Below, in pieces: positions 1-10,194 of a stretch of DNA of 64,000 nt. This DNA is from a virus. Where the stretch lies: positions 44,412-108,411 of IMG/VR virus record IMGVR_UViG_3300029448_008324. One strand, 5' to 3'. Position numbers and translations under genes: made by a program. Each line of letters begins with the position of its first letter. Within the stretch, counting starts at the first letter, position 1. A model generated the notes under the pieces. The model did not search any database. It had not been told where the DNA came from and was given only the letters and a program-made list of their open reading frames with translations.

Positions 1-1
1 T

Positions 2-106
2 CAAAATTCAGGAGATGACGAAGCAGTCACCGGCACAGGCACTGTGGTTGCAGATCGCAATGAACTTATAAAACAGATACTTGCATCTAAGAACAAAACT
101 AAATAA
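2..106 (+). CDS. 3' end of an ORF entering from the left (..GTGTVVADRNELIKQILASKNKTK*), possibly terminase small subunit
   Basis: Open frame from 2 to TAA at 104-106; lies just upstream of the terminase large subunit. Confidence 0.45.
   Translation, partial: QNSGDDEAVTGTGTVVADRNELIKQILASKNKTK
100..105 (+). promoter_or_regulatory. T4-like late promoter core TAAATA
   Basis: TAAATA 7 nt before ATG 113; the same hexamer precedes 749 and 2338. Confidence 0.65.
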
Positions 107-112
107 TACACT

Positions 113-730
113 ATGAAAACATTCAAAGAATATCTTGCAGAAGCAGTTAAAACTTACATGGCCCGCATCAAAGTTGCTGGCGAATTACCAGAAAATTTTG
201 AAACAAATCTTAAAAATTACATGACAAAATACGAAACAGTTGAATTTAAAAAGGTTGCTTCAACACCAGTGCAAGAACATCCACATGAATTTACAAGACT
301 CAAGAATGTTGAAGTCAGCATATTTGACGTTGAAACAGAATACCCTGTTGGCTATCAGCAGTTAGAATCAGTGTTGCAAGACGCATTTGGCATTGCTGGC
401 GATCATATTAGAGTGAAACATCCAACAGATCCAACAGAAATTAAGCCTGAAGAAAAAGAGTATGAGCCTAAACTGACAGACGCTGAATACAAAGATGACA
501 CTGCGGCTGACAAGCCATTGTATGGTGACGAATACAACATGTCCATGTTTAAGGAACTTATGGCTGATCGCAAAACTCCTGATACGGAGTTTGACAATGA
601 GGCAAACAAAGGCACTGGCGACATAATACAACCAAAAGAAGAATCTCCAAAAGATACATTTCACAAAGGCTTTGAACTGAAACAGTCAGATGGTTATTCA
701 GGTTCTTCACTTACCAACCACTCCAAATAA
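113..730 (+). CDS. Late/virion protein with capsid-targeting-like N-terminus
   Basis: MKTFKEYLAE resembles the T4 internal-protein leader MKTYQEFIAE; late promoter upstream. Confidence 0.6.
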   Translation: MKTFKEYLAEAVKTYMARIKVAGELPENFETNLKNYMTKYETVEFKKVASTPVQEHPHEFTRLKNVEVSIFDVETEYPVGYQQLESVLQDAFGIAGDHIRVKHPTDPTEIKPEEKEYEPKLTDAEYKDDTAADKPLYGDEYNMSMFKELMADRKTPDTEFDNEANKGTGDIIQPKEESPKDTFHKGFELKQSDGYSGSSLTNHSK

Positions 731-737
731 TAATCCG

Positions 738-743
738 TAAATA
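738..743 (+). promoter_or_regulatory. Late promoter core TAAATA of terminase
   Basis: TAAATA 5 nt before ATG 749, no SD. Confidence 0.65.
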
Positions 744-748
744 CAAGT

Positions 749-2329
749 ATGGGACAGAGTCTTCAAGGTAATCTTACCAAAAAAGCACACGCAAAAATAA
801 AATTTACTGAACAGCAGATTCTTGAACTTAATAAATGCATGGATCCAAAAACAGGTCCTCTATACTTTTGCAAAAATTATTGTATGATTCAACATCCAAC
901 TAAAGGCTCGATGAAGTTTGAAATGTACAAATATCAAGAAGGATTAGTTGCAACATATCACGACAACAGGTTTGCAATTGCAATGTTACCAAGACAAACA
1001 GGCAAAACAACTTGTGCCGCGGCATATCTTGTGTGGTATGCAATGTTTGTGCCTGATTCACAAATACTAATTGCCGCACATAAATTTACAGGCGCACAAG
1101 ATATTATGAATAGAGTGCGTTATACATATGAAGCACTGCCTGATTTTCTAAGAGCAGGTGCATATTCTTACAATAGAAACACACTTGAATTCGACAACGG
1201 TTCAAGAATAAAAGCAACCACAACAACAGAAAACACAGGTAGAGGTATGTCTCTTTCTGTAATTTACTGTGATGAGTTTGCGTTTGTGCAACCGCCTAGC
1301 AAGGCATCTGAGTTTTGGACTTCATTGGCTCCAACACTGGCCACAGGTGGTAAGTGTATCATCACATCAACGCCCAACTCAGACGAAGATCAGTTTGCAC
1401 TGATATGGAAAGAAGCTAACAAACGCATGGACGATTATGGCAACGAATTGGCTGTGGGCAAAAACGGATTTGCTCCATTCAGAGCATCATGGAGTGAACA
1501 TCCTGAACGCACAGAAAAATGGGCACGTGAAGAAAGAGCAAGAATAGGAGAAGAAAGATTTAGACGTGAGCATGACTGCGAATTTTTGATATATGACGAA
1601 ACATTGATCAAAGCAACTAAATTGGCAGACTTACAAGGCGTCGAACCAATGGAAAGACACGGCCATGTGCGGTGGTATAAAAAGATTCAAAAAAGCAAAG
1701 CATACATTGTGTCACTAGATCCATCCATGGGCACAGGTGGCGACTATGGTGCCATTCAGGTGTATGAATTACCCACTATGACTCAGGTTGCTGAATGGCA
1801 ACACAATTCAACACCTATACAAGGACAAGTCAGGATCTTGAAAACAATCATTGACAAAATTAGCGAAGACTTAAAAGCTGATGGCATTGTGCAACCTGAA
1901 ATATATTATTCAATTGAAAACAACTCTATAGGAGAAGCAGGATTAGTTGCTATATCTGACATTGGTGAAGAAAACATTCCCGGACAGATGTTGTCAGAAA
2001 CCATTAAGAAAGGACATGTGCGTAGATTTAGAAAAGGTTACAACACCACACACAACTCCAAAATGAGTGCTTGTGCCAAACTTAAACAGATGGTTGAAAA
2101 CGATTCTATGGTAATACAATCCAAGAATCTTGTGTCAGAACTTAAAAATTTTGTGGCATCTGGCAATTCCTTCAAAGCAAAACCCGGTGAGCATGACGAT
2201 CTTGTGATGTCCACCATACTTGCTGTGCGTATGGCGTCAACAATATCATCTTGGGACCAAAAATTGTTCGAAAGACTGCGTGATTCTGAGGAAGAACTGA
2301 TCATGCCCATGCCTATTGTGATGTCATAA
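749..2329 (+). CDS. terL: Terminase large subunit (T4 gp17-like)
   Basis: Walker A PRQTGKTT, Walker B YCDEFAF, ITSTPN motif, RNase H-like nuclease domain (LDPSMG..GDY, HDDLVMS). Confidence 0.95.
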   Translation: MGQSLQGNLTKKAHAKIKFTEQQILELNKCMDPKTGPLYFCKNYCMIQHPTKGSMKFEMYKYQEGLVATYHDNRFAIAMLPRQTGKTTCAAAYLVWYAMFVPDSQILIAAHKFTGAQDIMNRVRYTYEALPDFLRAGAYSYNRNTLEFDNGSRIKATTTTENTGRGMSLSVIYCDEFAFVQPPSKASEFWTSLAPTLATGGKCIITSTPNSDEDQFALIWKEANKRMDDYGNELAVGKNGFAPFRASWSEHPERTEKWAREERARIGEERFRREHDCEFLIYDETLIKATKLADLQGVEPMERHGHVRWYKKIQKSKAYIVSLDPSMGTGGDYGAIQVYELPTMTQVAEWQHNSTPIQGQVRILKTIIDKISEDLKADGIVQPEIYYSIENNSIGEAGLVAISDIGEENIPGQMLSETIKKGHVRRFRKGYNTTHNSKMSACAKLKQMVENDSMVIQSKNLVSELKNFVASGNSFKAKPGEHDDLVMSTILAVRMASTISSWDQKLFERLRDSEEELIMPMPIVMS

Positions 2330-2332
2330 ATA
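2327..2332 (+). promoter_or_regulatory. Late promoter core TAAATA
   Basis: Overlaps the terminase stop; 5 nt before ATG 2338. Confidence 0.6.
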
Positions 2333-2337
2333 CTGTA

Positions 2338-3939
2338 ATGGACCTCAATCTAGTTTCCCAAGATCTATTTGATGAATTAAAATCACGATACAGTCACCTT
2401 ACAATTGGTGATGAAGAAGCAATGACCACAACAGATCCACAAGTGGCACGTTTTTTCAAGTTTGATTGGAACAATAACGCTGTCAGCATATCAATTGACG
2501 AAGAAAATTTGCGTTTGGTATACAACAAAGATCTTGCAAATGAACTAGATGAAGAAGGACAACAGTCATGGTATGATTTTGCACGCACTATGCGTGAATT
2601 TGCTGTGACCCATAATTTAGGATTCAAGCCACAAGACATTGAAAAAGTTGATTTAGAACAAGGAGACTTTGAATTCTTATCTCAAGTAAATACAGTGAAG
2701 GAAAGCACAATGCACGGCACATCAAAATCATCTTACAACAAACTAGACAAAACCAAAATGATCATTCGTCACAGCAAAGCAGTAGACGAAAGCATTCCTG
2801 GAGCAAGATCAAGAAACATTGATTGCATATTCATTGAAAATGCACAAGGTGAGCGTTTCCGTTTTCCTTTCAACTATCTACATGGTGCAAGAGCCATGCA
2901 GATGCACGTGGCCAAAGGCGGCAATCCATATGATGGCATTGGTGAATCCATTGTAGAACAAGTGGCCAACATTGCTTTATTGAGAAAATTCACATCATAT
3001 GCCAACAAGATGAACATGGTCGACGAAAACACAGAACCATATCTCACAGGCGCTAATCAAAAAATTAAAGACACCAAAAAACTTTTAACAAGATTACAAA
3101 ACAACAACACTTATGAATCAGCCACTGAGGAACTTGAAAGTGGCAACAAACTGCACGAAGATGATGTGCAACCATTGGTAAAGTTGTTCACCAAAGAAGT
3201 GTTTGATGAGGATTTGATCGAAGCATTCAAATTGTTGCCTGTTGTTGAATTTGATGACGAAGACAGCAAAGACAGAAAAGATATTATGACGCAGGCATCA
3301 ACAGCATCAAGATATGCTGAGTATGTTGACAACTGGGTGTCAGATCCAAAATCAACATTGATTCTTAAAAAAGATGATTCCTATGATGCACTGCAAAACA
3401 ATTTAAGATCACAACAAAAAGAGACTGATCTAAAATTAATGACCATACTGAGAGACATTGCTACAAGATTTATATCAGCAGATCCACAGGATGATTCTAT
3501 TGTAAACTTTGCTTCAGACATGGAGTCACAGATTTCACAAGCAGGCGAATTGTTTGCCAAGCCAGATCCTGAAACAAAGAGATTGAAAGGCACTGCTATT
3601 AAATTGGCCAACAAGTATCTACAAGATATGAAACGTATTAAACAAGACGATGCCTACAAAGATGAAGTGAGAAAATCACCAGAGGACATCAAAGCATTTA
3701 AAAACATCAAAGGCCAGGATGTAGCAAAAGGCAAACTTGCCAAACAATACAAAAGAAAATACAAAGATGAGTCCGAACAGTTCGAAGCATGGGCAATAGC
3801 ACAAACTGAAATGTTGGAGAGCACCCTAGATGAAGAAGACATTAAGCAGTCTGAATATCAAGATGCTTTTGCAAAACCACAGAAAAGTGCTGACACCAAT
3901 AACATAATCAACCTCCATAGAAAATTAGCAGACATATAA
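2338..3939 (+). CDS. Hypothetical late (probably head-associated) protein, 533 aa
   Basis: Long ORF under a late promoter; acidic/helical; no catalytic motif recognised. Confidence 0.7.
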   Translation: MDLNLVSQDLFDELKSRYSHLTIGDEEAMTTTDPQVARFFKFDWNNNAVSISIDEENLRLVYNKDLANELDEEGQQSWYDFARTMREFAVTHNLGFKPQDIEKVDLEQGDFEFLSQVNTVKESTMHGTSKSSYNKLDKTKMIIRHSKAVDESIPGARSRNIDCIFIENAQGERFRFPFNYLHGARAMQMHVAKGGNPYDGIGESIVEQVANIALLRKFTSYANKMNMVDENTEPYLTGANQKIKDTKKLLTRLQNNNTYESATEELESGNKLHEDDVQPLVKLFTKEVFDEDLIEAFKLLPVVEFDDEDSKDRKDIMTQASTASRYAEYVDNWVSDPKSTLILKKDDSYDALQNNLRSQQKETDLKLMTILRDIATRFISADPQDDSIVNFASDMESQISQAGELFAKPDPETKRLKGTAIKLANKYLQDMKRIKQDDAYKDEVRKSPEDIKAFKNIKGQDVAKGKLAKQYKRKYKDESEQFEAWAIAQTEMLESTLDEEDIKQSEYQDAFAKPQKSADTNNIINLHRKLADI

Positions 3940-4538
3940 TGAATTTAAATGAATTTTTCCACACACTTGATTTACAAGTTAACGAAGAGATTCCATCAAG
4001 TGGAACATACATACACACACCGCAGAACTTGATTCTGAAACCAGATGGCGACAGCATATATGACGATGACAAAAATAATCCATCAGAGGTCAATGTATCA
4101 AAAATTGAAATTGGATTAGACAACGACGGCCCAGATAACATTTATCATTTTATGGGTGTGTATCATGATGCAGGCACTTGGGAACTTTACACAGACAACG
4201 GTATTACAAGACAGTTAGCAGAATATTTTGGTGTTAGAGATGGCGACATTGACTGGTCAGAACAGGGCGAGCAACAAGAAGATATGATGCATTTTGACAT
4301 AGCATCTGATCAAATTGCTGGACAACTAATCACATCAATGAACAAAAAGTTCACAGCTGAAAGTGGCATCATGTACAGGGCAGGAGTGAAAAAATACGGC
4401 AAAGAAGGCATGAGGAAAATACAAAGTGCCGCGGGCAAAGGTGCAAGTGCAGAAGAAATTGGTGCTATCAAAGATAAGCACAATAAGAAAAAAGTAAAAG
4501 AACTGGATGATCTATTAAGATTATCAGGCATAAAATAA
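3939..4538 (+). CDS. Hypothetical late protein
   Basis: Coupled to the previous stop (TAATG); basic C-terminal module ending ELDDLLRLSGIK. Confidence 0.7.
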   Translation: MNLNEFFHTLDLQVNEEIPSSGTYIHTPQNLILKPDGDSIYDDDKNNPSEVNVSKIEIGLDNDGPDNIYHFMGVYHDAGTWELYTDNGITRQLAEYFGVRDGDIDWSEQGEQQEDMMHFDIASDQIAGQLITSMNKKFTAESGIMYRAGVKKYGKEGMRKIQSAAGKGASAEEIGAIKDKHNKKKVKELDDLLRLSGIK

Positions 4539-4541
4539 TTC

Positions 4542-4570
4542 TTGACAGAATAAACAAGTTTGTGTATTAT
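4542..4570 (+). promoter_or_regulatory. Sigma70-type promoter of gp32
   Basis: TTGACA-17-TATTAT; SD AGGAGG before ATG 4618. Confidence 0.8.
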
Positions 4571-4617
4571 ACAAACTACAGTGATACACACTAGGCAAAC
4601 AAAAGGAGGCTTACATT

Positions 4618-5607
4618 ATGGCAACACTGGCTGATATAAGAGCCAAACTCCAGGCTCAAAGTTCTAAACCACAAGGTGAAGGACAAATTGGAGACAACGC
4701 AATATATCCACATTGGAATATTCCCGAAAACACAGAAGCAGTACTTAGGTTCTTACCAGACAAGGATCCAAACAATACTTTTTTCTGGACTGAAAGAGCA
4801 ATGATTAAACTGCCTTTCAATTCAATCAAAGGAGATGCAACATCAGGTCCTGTAATGGTGCAAATACCATGCATGGAAATGTATGGTGATGCATGTCCGA
4901 TACTTGCAGAAGTAAGACAATGGTTCAAAGACAAATCATTAGAAGACTTAGGCAGGAAATATTGGAAGAAGCGTTCTTACATCTTCCAAGGATTTGTATC
5001 TACATCTCCACTACAAGAAGATGCACCAGAAAATCCAATTAGAAGATTTATCATTGGTCCACAGATCTTTAACATTATAAAGTCTGCATTAATGGATCCT
5101 GAGATGGAAGATCTTCCAACAGACTACACCAGAGGTGTTGACTTTAGAATCAACAAAACTACAAAAGGTGGTTATGCTGACTATTCAACATCAAAATGGT
5201 CAAGAAAAACTTCTCCATTGACTGAAGAACAAAACAAATCCATTGAAACACATGGTTTACACAATCTTGGTGACTTCCTTCCTAAGAAGCCAGGCGAAGT
5301 GGAAATTAAAGTGATGGAAGAAATGTTCCGAGCATCAGTGGATGGTGAGCCCTATGACGCAGAAAAGTATTCACAGTACTTTAGGCCTGCAGGACTTAAA
5401 GCGCCTGTCACAGGCAGTGGCACAGTGGCACAGCCACAGCCACAAGCAGTAAAAGTAGAAACTGCACAACCAACTGTGACTGCGACACCCGAGCCTGCTC
5501 CGGCTCCACAACCAGAACAACCTTTAGAACAACCTGCCGCAACAAACGGTAGTAATTCCAAAGCAGAAGATATTCTGGCAATGATCAGAGCAAGACAACA
5601 AAAATAA
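4618..5607 (+). CDS. Single-stranded DNA-binding protein (T4 gp32-like)
   Basis: LRFLP, CPIL, YWKKRSY, GYADYSTSKW motifs; Pro/Ala-rich linker and short C-terminal tail. Confidence 0.9.
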   Translation: MATLADIRAKLQAQSSKPQGEGQIGDNAIYPHWNIPENTEAVLRFLPDKDPNNTFFWTERAMIKLPFNSIKGDATSGPVMVQIPCMEMYGDACPILAEVRQWFKDKSLEDLGRKYWKKRSYIFQGFVSTSPLQEDAPENPIRRFIIGPQIFNIIKSALMDPEMEDLPTDYTRGVDFRINKTTKGGYADYSTSKWSRKTSPLTEEQNKSIETHGLHNLGDFLPKKPGEVEIKVMEEMFRASVDGEPYDAEKYSQYFRPAGLKAPVTGSGTVAQPQPQAVKVETAQPTVTATPEPAPAPQPEQPLEQPAATNGSNSKAEDILAMIRARQQK

Positions 5608-5612
5608 AGCAT

Positions 5613-5634
5613 ATGGGGGTAGCAATACCCCCAT
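5613..5634 (+). terminator. Hairpin ATGGGGGTA-GCAA-TACCCCCAT
   Basis: Perfect 9-bp stem with GNRA loop right after the gp32 stop; weak U-tract. Confidence 0.7.
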
Positions 5635-5662
5635 TGACACAAAGTTGTTTAGAACATATAAT
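5634..5662 (+). promoter_or_regulatory. Consensus sigma70 promoter of uvsX
   Basis: TTGACA-17-TATAAT, then SD AGGAGAGG. Confidence 0.85.
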
Positions 5663-5679
5663 ACAGGAGAGGAACAAAC

Positions 5680-6792
5680 ATGGTCAAACCATTTGATGTA
5701 ACAAAATTTAGAAAGTCAATTACAAAGTCAATTGACGGATTAGGCATAGGATTCAATGATCCTACAGATTGGATTTCAACAGGAAATCATGCACTTAACT
5801 ATCTAATTTCTGGTGATTTTTATAAAGGAATTCCACTTGGCAAAGTGACTGTGTTTGCAGGCGAATCAGGATCTGGCAAATCATACATTTGCTCAGGCAA
5901 TATTATTAGAGAAGCACAAAAACAAGACATATTTGTAATACTTGTTGATTCCGAAAATGCACTTGATGAAGCATGGCTCAAAGCAGTTGGCGTAGACACA
6001 GCAGAAGACAAACTGCTAAGATTGGGCATGAGCATGATAGATGATGTTGCAAAGACTATATCCAACTTTGTAAAAGAATATAAGACAGATTATGGTGACA
6101 AAGAACCTGAAGACAGACCAAAAGTATTATTTGTGCTTGATTCATTAGGCATGATGATGACTCCTACTGATGTTGACCAGTTTAACAAAGGTGACATGAA
6201 AGGTGACTTAGGTAGAAAACCCAAAGCCTTAACAGCACTTGTAAGAAATTGTGTAAACATGTTTGGTTCTTTGAATGTAGGCATGGTAGCAACCAATCAT
6301 ACATATGCATCACAAGACATGTTTGATCCAGATGATAAGATATCCGGCGGACAAGGATTTGTTTATGCATCTTCAATTGTGGTTGCAATGAAAAAACTTA
6401 AATTAAAAGAAGATGAAGCAGGCAATAAAATTACAGATGTAAGAGGAATCAGAGCCGCCTGTAAAGTAATGAAAACAAGATTTGCAAAACCGTTCGAAGG
6501 AGTGCAACTTAAGATTCCATATGAAACAGGAATGGATCCTTATTCCGGATTATTAGACCTTTTTGAAAAGAAAGGCCTAATTCAACAGCAAGGTAACCGT
6601 TTGAAATACATAACAGCAACTGGAAAAGAGTTGCTTGACTATAGAAAAGCATGGGGCAAGGACAATCTTGAAATTGTCATGCAAGAGGTAAGTAATCAGG
6701 TTACATTAGATGAACATGCAACACCAGAAATAAACTTAAATGAAGAAGAAGCAACACAAAAAATAGACAATGGAGACACAGATGCTAATTGA
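5680..6792 (+). CDS. uvsX: RecA/UvsX recombinase
   Basis: GESGSGKS Walker A, DSENALD, LDSLG, NHTY, SGGQG. Confidence 0.93.
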   Translation: MVKPFDVTKFRKSITKSIDGLGIGFNDPTDWISTGNHALNYLISGDFYKGIPLGKVTVFAGESGSGKSYICSGNIIREAQKQDIFVILVDSENALDEAWLKAVGVDTAEDKLLRLGMSMIDDVAKTISNFVKEYKTDYGDKEPEDRPKVLFVLDSLGMMMTPTDVDQFNKGDMKGDLGRKPKALTALVRNCVNMFGSLNVGMVATNHTYASQDMFDPDDKISGGQGFVYASSIVVAMKKLKLKEDEAGNKITDVRGIRAACKVMKTRFAKPFEGVQLKIPYETGMDPYSGLLDLFEKKGLIQQQGNRLKYITATGKELLDYRKAWGKDNLEIVMQEVSNQVTLDEHATPEINLNEEEATQKIDNGDTDAN

Positions 6793-6991
6793 TGTTTGGG
6801 GTTTGATGAAATCATACGTGTCTGCAAAGGACAAATCGATTGTTGCAGAAAAATTTGTTGACATTGCCATGGACAATGGTGTGCAAGACGAAGAACTTAA
6901 AGAACTAATTGGACATGACGACGAACTAGATGAAGCAATCCGTTACAATCTAGACATAGAAGAAGACGAAGAAGACTATGAGGACGCATGA
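6770..6991 (+). CDS. Small acidic hypothetical protein
   Basis: Overlap-coupled between uvsX and uvsY. Confidence 0.7.
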   Translation: METQMLIDVWGLMKSYVSAKDKSIVAEKFVDIAMDNGVQDEELKELIGHDDELDEAIRYNLDIEEDEEDYEDA

Positions 6992-7443
6992 ATTGGTTCT
7001 CAATAGTTACACAAGATGTCACTAAAATTGCAGATGCAATTGCATACTACGAAAAAGAACTTAATTCAGCATCCATAGAAGTTAAACTACACGGAAATCT
7101 TGAAAAACAATCAGCATCTATGCCTGGTGTTGTAGAAGCACGTTTTAGACAACTGCAAGAAATCGAAGGCATACTCAAACACCTTGAAATACAAGCACGT
7201 AGACTCAAAACAAAACACTACAAAAAATATCTAGAAAACTATCAAAGAGCACTAACATCTCGCGATGCAGAAAAGTATGCAGAAGGTGAAGATGAAGTGT
7301 GTGACTATGAAGCCATTGTGAATGAATGGGCACTGCTCCGCAACAAGTGGCTGGGTGTGATCAAAGCACTGGATCAAAAACAATGGCACATCACCAACAT
7401 AGTAAAACTTAGAGTTGCTGGCATGGAAGATGCCAATCTCTAG
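6988..7443 (+). CDS. uvsY: Recombination mediator UvsY-like
   Basis: Helical 151 aa downstream of uvsX; YLENYQRALTSRDAEKY and LRVAGMED. Confidence 0.75.
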   Translation: MNWFSIVTQDVTKIADAIAYYEKELNSASIEVKLHGNLEKQSASMPGVVEARFRQLQEIEGILKHLEIQARRLKTKHYKKYLENYQRALTSRDAEKYAEGEDEVCDYEAIVNEWALLRNKWLGVIKALDQKQWHITNIVKLRVAGMEDANL

Positions 7444-9446
7444 GCAATAAGTTTTTGTTTTAATTCTTGTTGTAGACTTTCATCTTTTAATTCTTCCCAT
7501 ATCACACTTGGAATAAATTGAACCTTTTTAAGTCCTAGAGTCAAATTATACACATCTTCTTTGGGCCATTTGAACTGCCAAATGCTTTTGTAATACTTTT
7601 CATCTTGATTAAAAGCAACATCGTCAAAATTGTAACTGATAATTTTGTTCATTCTTTGTTTGTGGCCAGTATCAAAATTCATAATTTTGGCTCTTTGCCA
7701 TCTAAACAAATCTTTGATGTTAGGATCTTTTTGGACATTAATAAGACTGTGGAAGATGTTGCTAAAGATTGTCATAAAATCGTCTGGACTTGCATGAAAT
7801 CTGTATTGACTTACTCTCCTTGGATTGATAGGATATGTGCCTGTGTTGTCATAGCGTTGATACAATTTGTTTTTACCTGTCAGCCAATGCACATACAACT
7901 CAAGATCTAATCTAAAACTGTCAGGTAAGTTTTTCCAATTGGATGGATGGAATTGACGTGTGTAAGCTTTGATGAATTCGTGACTGCTGACGCCATGATG
8001 ATTTTCAAGATAATTTATTGGAGTCCTCATCCAACCCAAAAAGCCATATGTGTGACACATCATAGTCCAGTGATACCAAGATGCAGCTAATTCTTCAGTG
8101 GTCAATGTTTCTGTTTCTATCATATGGTTGAATGTGATTTGTGCTGAGTCACCTGGTTGATCCAATAATGATCTTGAATAATGCCTTTCTGATCTGATGT
8201 AATTTTTGTTGCTTTTGAATTGATATGTGTTGCCAGGACTGGTCAGCACTGTGTTTGGAAATATCAGATACCAAAAAGGTAAAAAATGAGACAGTAAATC
8301 GTTTTTTTGAAGTTCATGCAAACTGTCTGTGAGTGTGTTATATGATTGACCAGGCATACCAAGGATGATTTCAATTTGCCCTGTTTTGTGTTCATCATTT
8401 TTTGTGAATGCTTGGAATGCTTTGATTTTTTCATATTCTTTATTGAATGGACGACCGTTCATCTTTACAATTTCAGGATTAGGATCTTGCAGAGTAATTT
8501 TGCCATAATTTCCAGCTTCGTCGTCATCATATATGCCACTGTCTTCCATCTTTTGCATCAAGTATGTGGTGAATTCAACTTGATTTTTTGCCAATGGTGG
8601 TTTTCTAAATGACAACTTGCCTTGTGCATTTTCAATGACATAATCTAGTATGTCTTCATATTCTGGCACTATCCCAAAATTTGCATCAGCAAATTCATAC
8701 ACACAATTGTTGTATTCTGCTAGTAGATCAATTTCTTTGTAGAGTTTTGTGATGTCACGTTTGTGAATTTTAGTCCACAAACTTGTGCCCTGTTCACAAA
8801 AACTACAACTGTAAGGACAGCCTTGTATGTACATGGTCAGAAAGACAACTTTGTTGTAGTCTTTGGTGTATTGATCCAACAGCGTTCTAACTTCATCATT
8901 GAAATTGGTGACATAGTCAAGCACCAAAGGATCTTCACTGCGTGGCACGGGACTGTTACGCACACAACTATGACCGTTCCAATGATTAACACCTGCCACC
9001 TTTGTGATGTTGCCGCCCACTAAATGGGTGTCTACAATAAGCCTAAATGTTTCAGCAGCTGGGCCTGGGACAACAGCATCAATGTAATGGTGTTCACGCA
9101 TCCAAGCTTCTCTTGTGTCAGCGTTAGGGCCTCCTGCCACAATGATGCATTTGGGAAAATTTTGTTTGATCCATTCAGCATTTTCTAACAACACAGATTC
9201 GTTCCACAGATATAAACTGAACCCAACTATGTCAGGTGGTGTGTTGAATAATTGCTGTTGTAGTGCAGGATTGTCCTTGATAGGAGTTGGATCATCGCTG
9301 AAACTCCAATCTTTAATTTTTGCGAAATTGCCAGGACTACGTTGAAAGTAATAATCTTTCAACCAAAAATAAATCAATGGAAAGCGTTTTTCAGCACCTT
9401 TTGTAGTGATGTCAGTGTGATAAATGGTGTTGATAAAGATGTTCAT
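7440..9446 (-). CDS. B12-binding-domain radical SAM protein
   Basis: N-terminal PDIVGFSLYLWN..IVAGGP cobalamin-binding-like domain; CPYSCSFC; DANFGI; ILGMPGQ. Confidence 0.85.
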   Translation of the reverse strand: MNIFINTIYHTDITTKGAEKRFPLIYFWLKDYYFQRSPGNFAKIKDWSFSDDPTPIKDNPALQQQLFNTPPDIVGFSLYLWNESVLLENAEWIKQNFPKCIIVAGGPNADTREAWMREHHYIDAVVPGPAAETFRLIVDTHLVGGNITKVAGVNHWNGHSCVRNSPVPRSEDPLVLDYVTNFNDEVRTLLDQYTKDYNKVVFLTMYIQGCPYSCSFCEQGTSLWTKIHKRDITKLYKEIDLLAEYNNCVYEFADANFGIVPEYEDILDYVIENAQGKLSFRKPPLAKNQVEFTTYLMQKMEDSGIYDDDEAGNYGKITLQDPNPEIVKMNGRPFNKEYEKIKAFQAFTKNDEHKTGQIEIILGMPGQSYNTLTDSLHELQKNDLLSHFLPFWYLIFPNTVLTSPGNTYQFKSNKNYIRSERHYSRSLLDQPGDSAQITFNHMIETETLTTEELAASWYHWTMMCHTYGFLGWMRTPINYLENHHGVSSHEFIKAYTRQFHPSNWKNLPDSFRLDLELYVHWLTGKNKLYQRYDNTGTYPINPRRVSQYRFHASPDDFMTIFSNIFHSLINVQKDPNIKDLFRWQRAKIMNFDTGHKQRMNKIISYNFDDVAFNQDEKYYKSIWQFKWPKEDVYNLTLGLKKVQFIPSVIWEELKDESLQQELKQKLIA

Positions 9447-9458
9447 TTGCTTTTTAAA

Positions 9459-9466
9459 TATTTATA
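9459..9466 (-). promoter_or_regulatory. Full T4 late promoter TATAAATA
   Basis: TATTTATA on + strand, 12 nt above the 9446 start. Confidence 0.65.
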
Positions 9467-9583
9467 GGACGTCTAATACGCATTTAAAGTTTCTGTAACT
9501 TTTCTGCACATCTCCTGTAGCCTATTAACACTGTATTTTATGATTTTAATTGTATAAATTAATATTGAAAACAAGGAAACAAA

Positions 9584-9697
9584 ATGAAAAAGATTTTTAA
9601 ACTCATACTATCAATAACAACACTAACAATGTTAGGCCAAAAGAAAAACGTTAAAGAGGCATACACATATGTGTCAACTAACGGAGACAAATGGTAA
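9584..9697 (+). CDS. Small protein, 37 aa (MKKIFKLILSITTLTMLGQ..)
   Basis: SD AAGGA at 9573; not in ORF track. Confidence 0.55.
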   Translation: MKKIFKLILSITTLTMLGQKKNVKEAYTYVSTNGDKW

Positions 9698-9701
9698 ACA
9701 C

Positions 9702-9893
9702 ATGCACAAATTATTTGAAAACACAACAAAGAATATTAATAAATTCACTAATTTTGTTAGCCGTATGTTTAGTGATGGCGACAAAAATCTCATTAAGTTT
9801 TGCAGAATTGAATACGGAAATGATTGGCAGTGGGCGTACCTTAGGTATAAAAAGCAAGGACAATTCCCTAATACCCTTAGAAAAGTGGCCTAG
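9702..9893 (+). CDS. Small hypothetical protein (FCRIEYGNDWQWAY)
   Basis: In-frame ATG 9702 follows the previous stop; part of a tight small-ORF run. Confidence 0.65.
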   Translation: MHKLFENTTKNINKFTNFVSRMFSDGDKNLIKFCRIEYGNDWQWAYLRYKKQGQFPNTLRKVA

Positions 9894-10063
9894 TGCCTGA
9901 ACCACAAATTTGGTTCTTTATTATTACGGCACTGATGCTGGTGATCGGTGCAATCATAATGATGATAAAGATTACACCAACACCAGAAGAAGACGAACGA
10001 CGCTGGAATTGGATGCTTGGAAAAGGTCCAGATCCATATAGAAAGGAAAAGAAATATGAGTAG
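9893..10063 (+). CDS. Small single-TM protein, 56 aa
   Basis: GTG overlapping the previous TAG; hydrophobic IWFFIITALMLVIGAIIMMI. Confidence 0.55.
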   Translation: MPEPQIWFFIITALMLVIGAIIMMIKITPTPEEDERRWNWMLGKGPDPYRKEKKYE

Positions 10064-10190
10064 AATTACAGTTAACATATTAAAAGACAGCACAAATACC
10101 GATAGTTACAAGTATTCAAATTTGAATCTTTTGAGAATTGTAATGGCCGGCAACAACAAAGCAAAAAACATCAGCAGGAGATACAAATAA
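10056..10190 (+). CDS. Small basic protein, 44 aa
   Basis: SD GAAAGGA at 10041; overlaps the previous stop. Confidence 0.5.
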   Translation: MSRITVNILKDSTNTDSYKYSNLNLLRIVMAGNNKAKNISRRYK

Positions 10191-10194
10191 AAAA

